In this document: one piece after another, positions 14,856 to 23,123 of the stretch
Layout: each line of letters begins with the position of its first letter
Position numbering within the stretch: the stretch's first letter is position 1
Source: a phage
Length of the DNA: 27,839 bases
Strand: one strand, 5' to 3'
Assembly: GCA_023859445.1 (NCBI GenBank)
Contig: GCA_023859445.1_4337.1
Notes under the pieces: generated by a model
Database searches by the model: none
Told to the model about the DNA's origin: nothing
What the model saw: only the letters and a program-made list of their open reading frames with translations
Program-made: the position numbers and the translations under genes

Positions 14856-15824
14856 ATGGCTCTGTCAGATATGAAGGTTTATAACGACGATATCGTCGGT
14901 ACCACTATCGAACTGCTTGGTCAGAAAACTGACCAGTTTAACGCGGCCTCCGGTGGCGCAATTGTACTGTCTACTGCCTCATGGCGCGGTGATTTCTCCC
15001 GTGAGTCTTTCTTTAACCAGATTGCCTCCGCTAAACGCCGCGTTGACCGTTACGCCGCTATCGCGTCTCAGGCAGCTACCGCGCTGACTCAGGGCGAGCA
15101 TGTAGGCGTTAAAGTCGCTGGCGGCTTCGGACCGGTACTGTTCGAGCCTGCGCAAATGACCTGGCTTAACGAAGACCCGGCAAGCGCGATTCGTGCTATT
15201 TCCGAAGGGTTCTCTGACGCACTGTTAGCTGACCAGCTTAACACCGCTGTTGGTGCCGCCGTTGCCGCGGTATCAGGTCAGACTGCACTGGTTAACAATG
15301 TATCCGCGACCGCTGGCTTGTCCCTGAACGTGCTGAACAACAGCCACGCTAAATTCGGCGACCAGTCTCAGCTGCTGATTACCGACATCATGACTGGTGC
15401 TGCTTATCACACGCTGGTAGATAAAGCGCTGACTAACGCAAACCAGCTGTTCGTTGCCGGTAACGTTATGGTTGTCGATGTTCTCGGCAAGCGTTACGTA
15501 ATCTCTGACATTCCTGCGCTGTACGAGGCCGGTGCTCCGAACAAGACTAAGGTCCTGTCCGTAGTTGCAAACGGCATCATCGTTGATAATGCTTCTGATA
15601 TTATCAGCAACATTGATACCAGCAACGGTAACACCCGCATCCAGACCACCTGGCAGGCGGATTACAGCTTCGGCCTGAAACTGAAAGGCTATAGCTGGGA
15701 TGTCGCCAACGGCGGTAAATCTCCGCTGGACGCAGAACTGTTCACCGCGACCAACTGGGACAAAGCTGTTGCCGAGAGCAAACACACCCTCGGTACTCTG
15801 GCAATCGCCGACGCGGACAAGTGA
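14856..15824 (+). CDS. Major capsid protein (putative), 322 aa
   Basis: ORF track; position after scaffold and before a strong terminator; assignment by synteny. Confidence 0.7.
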   Translation: MALSDMKVYNDDIVGTTIELLGQKTDQFNAASGGAIVLSTASWRGDFSRESFFNQIASAKRRVDRYAAIASQAATALTQGEHVGVKVAGGFGPVLFEPAQMTWLNEDPASAIRAISEGFSDALLADQLNTAVGAAVAAVSGQTALVNNVSATAGLSLNVLNNSHAKFGDQSQLLITDIMTGAAYHTLVDKALTNANQLFVAGNVMVVDVLGKRYVISDIPALYEAGAPNKTKVLSVVANGIIVDNASDIISNIDTSNGNTRIQTTWQADYSFGLKLKGYSWDVANGGKSPLDAELFTATNWDKAVAESKHTLGTLAIADADK

Positions 15825-15845
15825 TACAGTTAGTGGTAAAAACAA

Positions 15846-15865
15846 AGGGGCTACGGCCCCTTTTT
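15846..15865 (+). terminator. Intrinsic terminator after major capsid gene
   Basis: Stem AGGGGC/GCCCCT with TACG loop, followed by TTTTT (15861-15865). Confidence 0.7.
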
Positions 15866-15881
15866 ACTAGGAGAAATTAAA

Positions 15882-16049
15882 GTGGAAATTAAATATGTAC
15901 CAATGCCGATTACCATCGAGCAGAAGCGAGAATATAACCGTCGGGGGTTCCGTGTAGTAGATGCTCGTTTCGCACCAGAAGGTGCCGTGGTAGAATCGGC
16001 TAAAGAAGAGACACCGCGCCGCCAGCGCCGGGCGAAATCAGAGGAATAA
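15882..16049 (+). CDS. Small basic protein (55 aa; GTG start, in-frame ATG at 15903)
   Basis: SD AGGAG 15869-15873; codons counted to TAA 16047-16049; below track cutoff. Confidence 0.35.
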   Translation: MEIKYVPMPITIEQKREYNRRGFRVVDARFAPEGAVVESAKEETPRRQRRAKSEE

Positions 16050-16052
16050 TTT

Positions 16053-16565
16053 ATGCCGCTAATCGTGGAAGATGGGTCGATAGTACCTGATGCCGACAGT
16101 TACGTTAGTCTGGCCGACGCCCGCGCGTTAGCGGCTAATTACGGTCTTGTGTTGCCGGCAGACGATACCGCCGCAGAGGTGGCCCTGCGCAACGGTGCTA
16201 CTTATGTTGGGCTTGCAGAACCTCAGATGTGCGGGCGTCGCGTATCCGCTGAACAGTCTCTGGCGTACCCACGTACAGGAACAACACTAAACGGCTTCAC
16301 CGTAGCGGATAATGTTATCCCGTCGCAGTTAATCCGGGCACAAGTAATCGCTGCGGTTACGTATGGTGCGGGTACTGATGTTCGGGCTAACTCAGATGGG
16401 CGTTCCGTGCAGACTGAGCGTGTTGAGGGTGCTGTGACAGTGACATACTTCAACAACGGCAACAGTGGCGCCACAACCGCTATTACCGCTGCGGACGACG
16501 CATTACGCCCGTTACTGTGTGGTGGTCTTAACAATGGCTTCTCATTTAACGTGTACCGGGGTTAA
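16053..16565 (+). CDS. Head completion / head-tail connector protein (putative), 170 aa
   Basis: ORF track; position in the connector block; no specific motif recognised. Confidence 0.45.
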   Translation: MPLIVEDGSIVPDADSYVSLADARALAANYGLVLPADDTAAEVALRNGATYVGLAEPQMCGRRVSAEQSLAYPRTGTTLNGFTVADNVIPSQLIRAQVIAAVTYGAGTDVRANSDGRSVQTERVEGAVTVTYFNNGNSGATTAITAADDALRPLLCGGLNNGFSFNVYRG

Positions 16566-16567
16566 AA

Positions 16568-17182
16568 ATGGCAAAGACCAAAACAGAGATGTTTGCCCTT
16601 ATCGGCGCTAACCTTCCCGATAACACCACCGGGCTTATCACACCCGAGAAGTTACGCGAAGTAATGACGCAGATGGCAGATTCGCCTATCTATGCCACTC
16701 CCGGGGTGAAAGAGGTTGAAGTTCTCCGTGCCGCGTCCACTGTAATACAAGCACCATCCGCAGTGAACACAGCATTGCAGTTAACTTTCGGTCCCGCGCA
16801 GGGTAGCGCATCTGACCCGGTAATGATTAATGCAGCGGGTCTGGTTACGTTCAACACTGCAGGCAACTACGCCGTTCGCATCAAGTTACAGGCGGGGCGC
16901 ACTGGAGCGAGCGGGACGTCCGTCCTGTTATCGCGCATTCTTCTTAACGGCGCACAGTACGGCTCGCCAGCAGCTACTAAACTGGTAAGTGCTGATACTA
17001 CAATCCCGATTGAATCTCGCGTCGTTATTAACACAACCGCAGGCCAGACGTTTGCCGTTCAGATTATGCGGGATAGTGCCGGGACCAACTTCGGCGGCGT
17101 ATATCCGCAAGTTGCTACCGTAACCGCATGGGGTACAGCACCATCCGCATTACTGGTTATTTCGAGACTGGAGGCCGCCTGA
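16568..17182 (+). CDS. Virion structural protein (putative), 204 aa
   Basis: ORF track; tightly packed after previous gene; function by position only. Confidence 0.45.
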   Translation: MAKTKTEMFALIGANLPDNTTGLITPEKLREVMTQMADSPIYATPGVKEVEVLRAASTVIQAPSAVNTALQLTFGPAQGSASDPVMINAAGLVTFNTAGNYAVRIKLQAGRTGASGTSVLLSRILLNGAQYGSPAATKLVSADTTIPIESRVVINTTAGQTFAVQIMRDSAGTNFGGVYPQVATVTAWGTAPSALLVISRLEAA

Positions 17183-17276
17183 TGAATAAGTTCACATGTG
17201 GTGTAGTTTTTGGTTTTCTTACCGCGGTAGTCTTGCACAGTTACGGTGTTCTTTTGACGCTGCAAGAGGTGCTAAA

Positions 17277-17636
17277 ATGAGCACCGCTTTCAGTAAACGT
17301 ATGCAAGGCGTCGGTACACGCCTGCTAACCAAATTCGGTAGCACGGTATCTCTGATTCGCGCTGGTTCAAAAGTATGGGATGAAGTTCTCGGTGAGTACG
17401 TCTGGTCTGCGGATGAAGTGATGCCGTTGAAGGCCGTTCCGGTTCCGGTAAACGCGGGACTGGTAAACGGTACGACGATTCAGGCTGGCGACATGATTGT
17501 TAAAGCCGATTACAGCGTCGTTCCGAAGATGGAAGACAAGGTGCAATTCGGCGGCGAGCAATGGTCCATCGTAGCTATTGAGAAGAAGATGGTTAACGAT
17601 GACGTCGTGGCGTACTTTATTCAGGTGAGAAAATGA
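17277..17636 (+). CDS. Head-tail joining protein (putative), 119 aa
   Basis: ATG 17277 with SD AAGAGGTG, in frame with track ORF 17196-17636 whose N-terminal extension looks spurious. Confidence 0.45.
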   Translation: MSTAFSKRMQGVGTRLLTKFGSTVSLIRAGSKVWDEVLGEYVWSADEVMPLKAVPVPVNAGLVNGTTIQAGDMIVKADYSVVPKMEDKVQFGGEQWSIVAIEKKMVNDDVVAYFIQVRK

Positions 17637-18028
17637 GTTTCGCGCTCGATGTCTCTAAGTTCGTGGAAAAGGCGAAGAAGAACCCTGAGAAGGTGATGCG
17701 TCAGGTGTCTATCAAGCTGTTTTCCGCTATTATAAAGGCGAGTCCGGTAGACACGGGCCGCTTTCGTATGAACTGGATGGCATCTGGCGGTACTCCTGCT
17801 TCCGGGATTACGGACGCTACGGATAAATCAGGAAACACAGCAACCGGAAACGCTACGAGTTTCGTGCTGAAAGCCGCTGACTGGCATGAGTTCACGCTGA
17901 CAAATAATCTGCCGTATGCGCAACGGCTGGAGTATGGTTGGTCGCAACAGGCGCCAGCCGGGGTTGTCAGGACTAATGTGTCTCGCTTCCAGCAACTCAT
18001 TAACGAAGAAGCCAACAAGGTGAAATGA
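17633..18028 (+). CDS. HK97 gp10-like neck / tail-completion protein (131 aa)
   Basis: ORF track; motif PVDTGRFRMNW resembles the conserved DTG...W signature of the HK97 gp10 family (from memory). Confidence 0.55.
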   Translation: MSFALDVSKFVEKAKKNPEKVMRQVSIKLFSAIIKASPVDTGRFRMNWMASGGTPASGITDATDKSGNTATGNATSFVLKAADWHEFTLTNNLPYAQRLEYGWSQQAPAGVVRTNVSRFQQLINEEANKVK

Positions 18029-18441
18029 TGGGCTACTTTGAGGACTTAACAAAAGCGTTCGATGTTCCGCTGGTAGCCTTCGGAACCGCCAACGGCATCA
18101 AGGTCGCGCTTGAAAACATCGACGCGCCGACGTCAACCGATACGCCATATCTGGCAAGTTACATGTTACTGGCGGATACCGAGCAAGCAGATTTGTTCTT
18201 CACGGAACAACGCGCGGGTGTTTATCAGGTCGACATTAACTACGCATCGGTGAAAGGTAGCGCGCCAATCAATAAAATGGCAGACTTACTTAACACGGCA
18301 TTCAAAGCAGGTAAGTCATTTTCTCGTAACGACATCTGCGCCGAGGTTCAATCGGTTAGCCTGGGGCCGCTGATTGTAGAAAACGGATGGGCCAAACGAC
18401 CATTGTCAATTAACTTTATTGCATTCACCAAGAGGCTGTGA
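18025..18441 (+). CDS. Tail terminator / tail completion protein (putative), 138 aa
   Basis: ORF track; ATGA overlap; located immediately before the major tail gene. Confidence 0.4.
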   Translation: MMGYFEDLTKAFDVPLVAFGTANGIKVALENIDAPTSTDTPYLASYMLLADTEQADLFFTEQRAGVYQVDINYASVKGSAPINKMADLLNTAFKAGKSFSRNDICAEVQSVSLGPLIVENGWAKRPLSINFIAFTKRL

Positions 18442-18443
18442 AT

Positions 18444-19610
18444 ATGGCTACAACTCCTTTTAAGGGCGCGAATACTGCGCAATTCTATGTGGCAGAAACT
18501 ACCCCTGGCGTAACACCGACTAACCCGGTCTGGTCGCCATTGCGTAACACAGGTGGCGTTCCTGCCATTACCCGCGACACGCTGACCTCCAACGAACTGG
18601 ACGGCAGCCGTGAAACTACATCCATCCGCACCGGTAACAAACAGGTTAGCGGTGAATACGCGATCGAGCTTAGCTCGAAAAGCCAGGATGACTGGCTGGC
18701 TGGTGCTTTAGGCTCTACGTGGCAATCCGGTGTTTCCCTGTCCAGTCTGTCGATTACCGTCGCACCCGCGGGCAAGACGTTCACACGCGCTACCGGCAGT
18801 TTTATCACTGACGGAGTTGGGGTAGGCGACCTGATTGCATTTACCGATTTAACAGGCGATAACGCAAAACCATTTATTGTTACTGCAGTAACGGCTACGG
18901 TTGTTACCGGTGCGGGCATCCAACACACCCTGACCACCGAGACAAAAACTAGTAAGGCTAAAACCGGCGACACGCTGGAAACCGGTAACACGTGTAAGAC
19001 GTTCTCTATCCTTACCTGGTACAAAGGCCAGTGCGGCGGTACTGACGCGTACACGTTAACCAAAGGCGTGGAAGTTTCTGGTTTTACCATCGAACAGGCT
19101 GTTAACGCGATGGTAACTGGCAGCTTCCCATTCATCGGTCGCAGTCAGGAGATTCTCACTACGCCGCCGACCGGTTCCAACTTCTCATCTGTTACTTTTG
19201 GTGATGAGCCGTTCTCTTCGGTTGACGTTTCCGTGTTCGATGGCTCTACGCCGTTGCGTTGTGATAGCCTTACCATCACCAACGACAACAGCGCGTCCGC
19301 ACAGTTCGAACTCGGCAACACTAACGTAGCGTTTGTGGAGCGTAGCCGAGCAGCTAACACCTTCTCCATCTCCGGTAAGCTGTACGACATGGCGATGATT
19401 CAGAAGTTTATCAACGAGCAGCAGGTGGAGATTAACTCTATTCTGGCGGGGGTAAACGGGGCTATGTCTTTCAGTTTGAAACGTGCAGAACTTACGGCGG
19501 TTACACCTGAGATTGGAGGACCTGAGTCAATCACTCAGTCTATTGAAGGCCAGGCTACTGGCAACCAGTACCAGTCGTCTATTGTTATTCAGCGTATCAC
19601 ATACGCATAA
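18444..19610 (+). CDS. Major tail (tube) protein (putative), 389 aa
   Basis: ATG 18444 (SD AAGAGG 8 nt upstream) within track ORF 18438-19610; followed by strong terminator; by synteny. Confidence 0.55.
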   Translation: MATTPFKGANTAQFYVAETTPGVTPTNPVWSPLRNTGGVPAITRDTLTSNELDGSRETTSIRTGNKQVSGEYAIELSSKSQDDWLAGALGSTWQSGVSLSSLSITVAPAGKTFTRATGSFITDGVGVGDLIAFTDLTGDNAKPFIVTAVTATVVTGAGIQHTLTTETKTSKAKTGDTLETGNTCKTFSILTWYKGQCGGTDAYTLTKGVEVSGFTIEQAVNAMVTGSFPFIGRSQEILTTPPTGSNFSSVTFGDEPFSSVDVSVFDGSTPLRCDSLTITNDNSASAQFELGNTNVAFVERSRAANTFSISGKLYDMAMIQKFINEQQVEINSILAGVNGAMSFSLKRAELTAVTPEIGGPESITQSIEGQATGNQYQSSIVIQRITYA

Positions 19611-19614
19611 AACT

Positions 19615-19637
19615 AAGGCCCCGTTTGGGGCCTTTTT
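19615..19637. terminator. Bidirectional intrinsic terminator between convergent major tail gene and minus-strand operon
   Basis: Stem AAGGCCCC/GGGGCCTT, loop GTTT, flanked by AAAACT and TTTTT; stop of minus gene (19639) sits in the T-tract. Confidence 0.75.
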
Positions 19638-19638
19638 C

Positions 19639-20193
19639 TTACAAACCTAATCTTAAAGCAATGCCTATAGCGTTCGATTTAACGTAACCCGGTATGATGT
19701 AGGTGTCATAATCTTTTACACCATCAATATCGTACAGGTAACCGCGGCTGTCCCCTTCAAACGTATGGCCGTCTCTGTGCAAGCGGACGATTCTCACATC
19801 ATGCCACGCGGCAACGATAGGGGCTACTTCGCTGGCGAACCCGCCATCAGACACCACAAAAACTTCGTCGCCGTCGGGCAAGTTTCCGGCAAGATACTTA
19901 CCGAAATAATCATCACCGAATACCGGTTTAATGAATTGCTCGGAAATGGCAATCATGAACTGACGCCGAGACAACCCGTTAAGGAAACCCTCTGGCTTTT
20001 CTTTCCGCGCCCGGTCGTCGTAGCCGTCGAGAAACTCGCGGTAAGCATCCTGGCCTAACGCAGCCATAGCAATATTGAACATCGGATTCTTGAAACTGGC
20101 GACACCCTTCGCAAAGCCCATTTCTACCAGCGCCCTAGCAAGTGTGTCTTTCCCGCAGCCCGCAGGACCATTAAGAATAATTACCTTAGCCAT
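19639..20193 (-). CDS. P-loop nucleotide kinase (dNMP kinase-like; possibly polynucleotide 5'-kinase), 184 aa
   Basis: ORF track; N-terminal Walker A LNGPAGCGKDT, similar in pattern to phage dNMP kinase GKDT P-loops. Confidence 0.65.
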   Translation of the reverse strand: MAKVIILNGPAGCGKDTLARALVEMGFAKGVASFKNPMFNIAMAALGQDAYREFLDGYDDRARKEKPEGFLNGLSRRQFMIAISEQFIKPVFGDDYFGKYLAGNLPDGDEVFVVSDGGFASEVAPIVAAWHDVRIVRLHRDGHTFEGDSRGYLYDIDGVKDYDTYIIPGYVKSNAIGIALRLGL

Positions 20194-20678
20194 TATTTAT
20201 CACTCCCATGTGGTTTTAAGTGTGTAGAGTTCCCGTTACAGTCGTATTCAGTAACTGCGTGAGTGGTTATGCCGAGTTCGCGGAAATGCTTTATTACCGC
20301 TGGAGAGTCGTCGAATGCACACAAGATTCTCTCCGGCCCAATAGCACGCAACACCTCTTCTTTAATTACGATGTCTTTTCTGTTGTCGTGTTTGCTGCGC
20401 ATGATTAACTGATAAAATTCGACGCGGTGGCGCTGCAACCACATTCTGGTTTCTTTTTCCGCGTCATCACTACGGCCTGTTAAGATAATAACGGCATAGC
20501 GACGATTAAGGGCGTTACACAGTTCGATGTTATCTTTAATGGGTGCATCGTCTTTGCACGCCATGTTAAATGGTTTCCACGCCCAGGTTTCGCCGTAGTT
20601 ATCTTTCGGCAGCAGGTGTAAACGATGAGTACCATCTGCCAATGTCCCGTCTAAATCGAAAATCACAATATCTTTCAT
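20193..20678 (-). CDS. HAD-superfamily phosphatase (polynucleotide 3'-phosphatase / nucleotidase-like), 161 aa
   Basis: ORF track; HAD motif I FDLDGTL, motif II ILTGRS, C-terminal FDDS; pattern resembles the T4 Pnk phosphatase domain as recalled from memory. Confidence 0.65.
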   Translation of the reverse strand: MKDIVIFDLDGTLADGTHRLHLLPKDNYGETWAWKPFNMACKDDAPIKDNIELCNALNRRYAVIILTGRSDDAEKETRMWLQRHRVEFYQLIMRSKHDNRKDIVIKEEVLRAIGPERILCAFDDSPAVIKHFRELGITTHAVTEYDCNGNSTHLKPHGSDK

Positions 20679-21805
20679 CCAAGCATCTCCGGTGAAATAG
20701 TTAAACGTGCGACCTCGCCATATTCGGCGCTATAAGTAATTACGTTTGCACTGCGGCCCGACATCCACCCACCGCGGGAGGCATATGCATCTTTAGCCGC
20801 GAGAGTGCGGTGTTGCTCAACAATCATGTTACGGCTTTCTATAATCTTTTGGTGGTGCAGGTGACCCACGTGGGCGTAGCTGTAAACACTCTCGCCGAAC
20901 GCTTTGCGGAACTTGGCGATCATAACCGGTTCGATAGCGTCGAATCGTGCTTTATGCCCATGATGGAAGAACAGCGTCGTTTTGCCGTGTTGCACCATCT
21001 TGTAAACATCCGGCGACGTATCGACGAACACACGCGGCTCATTGTCGTACAGCGTACTAAACATCTCAGCTAACCAAATCATTCCGCTTTCGTCGTGGTT
21101 ACCTTGCACGATAAGCAAGCGAACATTTTTATGTTTAACGAGAGCCATATCAATGACACGGCGGACCATACGAATCATGTAGCGTACAAGTTTCTGATAG
21201 CGGGTGTCAGCGTCAAGAACATGACCACTGGCAGGTGTAACGGCGTCCAGACTATCGAAATGCGCAAGGTCGCCCAGCAGATTAATAACTCCTGTTCCGG
21301 CATCCGGTGCTTTCTGGAACGCTGCGTCGAACCAGCGGGAGAACAGGTCTTCCGCAATCTTCATGTCCCAGTCGTCGCCGCTCTCGTCAGCCCAGGCCAG
21401 CATACCGAGATGGAAATCAGACACAGTGTAAAGGTTGAGTAGCTTGTCGTCTCGTTTGGCGCGAACGGCTTTAACAGGTGCAACTGGTGTAATCTCCGAC
21501 TTCATGCCTTCGATTACGGCTTTCATCAATTCAACCTGACGTTCGGCATCGGTGTCGGTCTTAACCCATTGCAACTTGGTGTTGCCAAACTCATCCACCA
21601 GTGATGACGTTCCTTTAATCTTGTAGCCGTCCGGCACAAGGTGACTAACGTCGCGCCCGTGGCCTACGCCTTTCTTAGCCAGCTTCGCTTTACGGATACG
21701 GATAACGCGGTCAGAGATGCCGTATTTACGGGCGATGTCGATATTCTTCATACCGGCGTTCAATTCTTCCTGTAACTGTTCGTCGGTTATTTTCTTCCTG
21801 GCCAT
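20675..21805 (-). CDS. Calcineurin-like metallophosphoesterase with N-terminal HTH-like domain (376 aa)
   Basis: ORF track; phosphoesterase motifs D-x-H (SDFHLG), GD..D (GDLAHFD), GNHDE, HHGH, GHLHH; N-terminal segment NIDIARKYGISDRVIRIRKAKL looks helix-turn-helix. Confidence 0.7.
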   Translation of the reverse strand: MARKKITDEQLQEELNAGMKNIDIARKYGISDRVIRIRKAKLAKKGVGHGRDVSHLVPDGYKIKGTSSLVDEFGNTKLQWVKTDTDAERQVELMKAVIEGMKSEITPVAPVKAVRAKRDDKLLNLYTVSDFHLGMLAWADESGDDWDMKIAEDLFSRWFDAAFQKAPDAGTGVINLLGDLAHFDSLDAVTPASGHVLDADTRYQKLVRYMIRMVRRVIDMALVKHKNVRLLIVQGNHDESGMIWLAEMFSTLYDNEPRVFVDTSPDVYKMVQHGKTTLFFHHGHKARFDAIEPVMIAKFRKAFGESVYSYAHVGHLHHQKIIESRNMIVEQHRTLAAKDAYASRGGWMSGRSANVITYSAEYGEVARLTISPEMLG

Positions 21806-21849
21806 GCTTATTCCTCGTGTTTAGGATTTGTCTTATTTAACTACAATAG

Positions 21850-22176
21850 CTATTTACTTTCCACTCCCGCCGCCCAAGCTAGAGAGACGATTTGTAAGCG
21901 AGTAGCCACCAATGCGCTGCTGTAGCCTGGTGATTTCATGTCCACAGAACTCATGACAAGGCCTGTTACAAGGTCGAAGCTAACCCCTGCTGCTCCTGCT
22001 GAATACGCGGCCTCACATTCTTTAATAACCGCATTTTTAAACATTTTTTGCGCGGCTACAGGGGCGCTTTCTATTAAACCCGCAGTTATTAATGGGGTTT
22101 CAGAATAAATCTGCTCACAAGTGGAACCTACCGCAGTAAAAGATATGAAACCTAAAGCTAAGATTAATGTACGCAT
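21850..22176 (-). CDS. Small secreted/periplasmic protein with N-terminal signal peptide (108 aa)
   Basis: ORF track; MRTLILALGFISFTAVGSTCEQ looks like a cleavable signal peptide (no canonical lipobox); SD AAGGAA; first gene after conserved promoter copy 4. Confidence 0.5.
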   Translation of the reverse strand: MRTLILALGFISFTAVGSTCEQIYSETPLITAGLIESAPVAAQKMFKNAVIKECEAAYSAGAAGVSFDLVTGLVMSSVDMKSPGYSSALVATRLQIVSLAWAAGVESK

Positions 22177-22217
22177 TTGTTAATTCCTTATTTGAGATAA
22201 CATTGTTGGTGTAAGTG

Positions 22218-22247
22218 AATAGTACCCTATTATATTTGGGTGCGCAA
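22218..22247 (-). promoter_or_regulatory. Conserved phage promoter, copy 4 (TTGCGC-N17-TACTAT, minus strand)
   Basis: -35 complement of 22242-22247, -10 complement of 22219-22224, palindrome AATAGTACCCTATT 22218-22231; drives the minus-strand accessory operon. Confidence 0.5.
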
Positions 22248-22355
22248 GTAGTGTGTTAGAATAATTTTGCACCTAGTGTCGCGCACGAAAAGCGGATGGT
22301 TACCGCCTGGTGCATTTAAGCCAAACCAACAACCTCTTAACCAAAGGATTAAAGA

Positions 22356-22772
22356 ATGAAACTGTCAGACTTCTACTTTGCGTCCAAACACGCAGCAGGA
22401 ACCAAGATGCCGATTCTGTTGCCAGACGGCAGCGATTCCGGCGAATGGCTACAGGTCATGGGGCCAGATTGCGACGACTCCATCGCAGCTGCTAAAGACT
22501 TCATCTCTGCTTATCGCGACATCCTGGACAACCTGAAGCCGCTTGACGCTGAGTGCCGCGAGAAAGGCGACTGGGCTAGATATAACACTGAGTTGAACAG
22601 TGAACTGGCGAAGCTGAATGATGCGCTTGCCGCCGTTGTAGTGATAGGCTGGTCCTTCGACGAGAAGTTCACTAAGAAGGCGCTTGTTAAACTACTCAAG
22701 GAATACAAAGGCTTAGGTGGTGCAGTGGCCCAGCATCACGCAGAGAGCCGCAAAGCGCTGTCGGTAAAGTAG
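22356..22772 (+). CDS. Tail assembly chaperone (putative), 138 aa
   Basis: ORF track; SD AAAGGA; acidic protein immediately upstream of tape measure region; by synteny. Confidence 0.5.
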   Translation: MKLSDFYFASKHAAGTKMPILLPDGSDSGEWLQVMGPDCDDSIAAAKDFISAYRDILDNLKPLDAECREKGDWARYNTELNSELAKLNDALAAVVVIGWSFDEKFTKKALVKLLKEYKGLGGAVAQHHAESRKALSVK

Positions 22773-22804
22773 AGGCGCTCTACGAATATGCGCGGTATCG
22801 CTGG

Positions 22805-23122
22805 GTGATACGTCAGAAGCGCCGGGAGTTCGACTCCATCGCGGACGGTCACAAAGCGGCTCTGACGGCGATGGGATTACCAGTCCCGCCAGAGCCGGAA
22901 GAAGACCCTCCAGAATGCCCGGCTGATATGATGCGAATCATGGACAAATACTACGCATTGAAGTTTGTAAGTCGCAATAACGTACTAATACCGAGGGAGA
23001 TGCTTCAATACCATCACCTGACAGCATATGCTGAACTACACAAGCAACCGTTCACGCTATTGGAGGTGGATTTAATCATGGGCCTTGACGCATTGTTCGA
23101 AGGCCGTAACGAGGATGAATAG
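22805..23122 (+). CDS. Second tail-chaperone-region ORF in the -1 frame (105 aa; independent gene or frameshift extension)
   Basis: ORF track (GTG start, weak SD); its frame is open from 22691 and overlaps the end of the upstream gene by about 80 nt; ends 2 nt before the tape measure start. Confidence 0.4.
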   Translation: MIRQKRREFDSIADGHKAALTAMGLPVPPEPEEDPPECPADMMRIMDKYYALKFVSRNNVLIPREMLQYHHLTAYAELHKQPFTLLEVDLIMGLDALFEGRNEDE

Positions 23123-23123
23123 A

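Noticed and set aside
15273-15845. 190-aa minus-strand ORF inside the major capsid gene
   Set aside because: Antisense to a structural gene in a tightly packed operon; no SD; typical shadow ORF.
17196-17276. N-terminal extension of ORF 17196-17636
   Set aside because: Trp/Phe-rich extension with no SD; ATG 17277 with SD AAGAGGTG fits better.
18485-19135. 216-aa minus-strand ORF inside the major tail gene
   Set aside because: Same reasoning; shadow ORF.
21845-21854. AATAGCTATT (half-sites with zero spacer) as another copy of the conserved promoter palindrome
   Set aside because: Spacing differs from the AATAG-N4-CTATT family and there is no matching -35; overlaps a stop codon and is likely coincidental.
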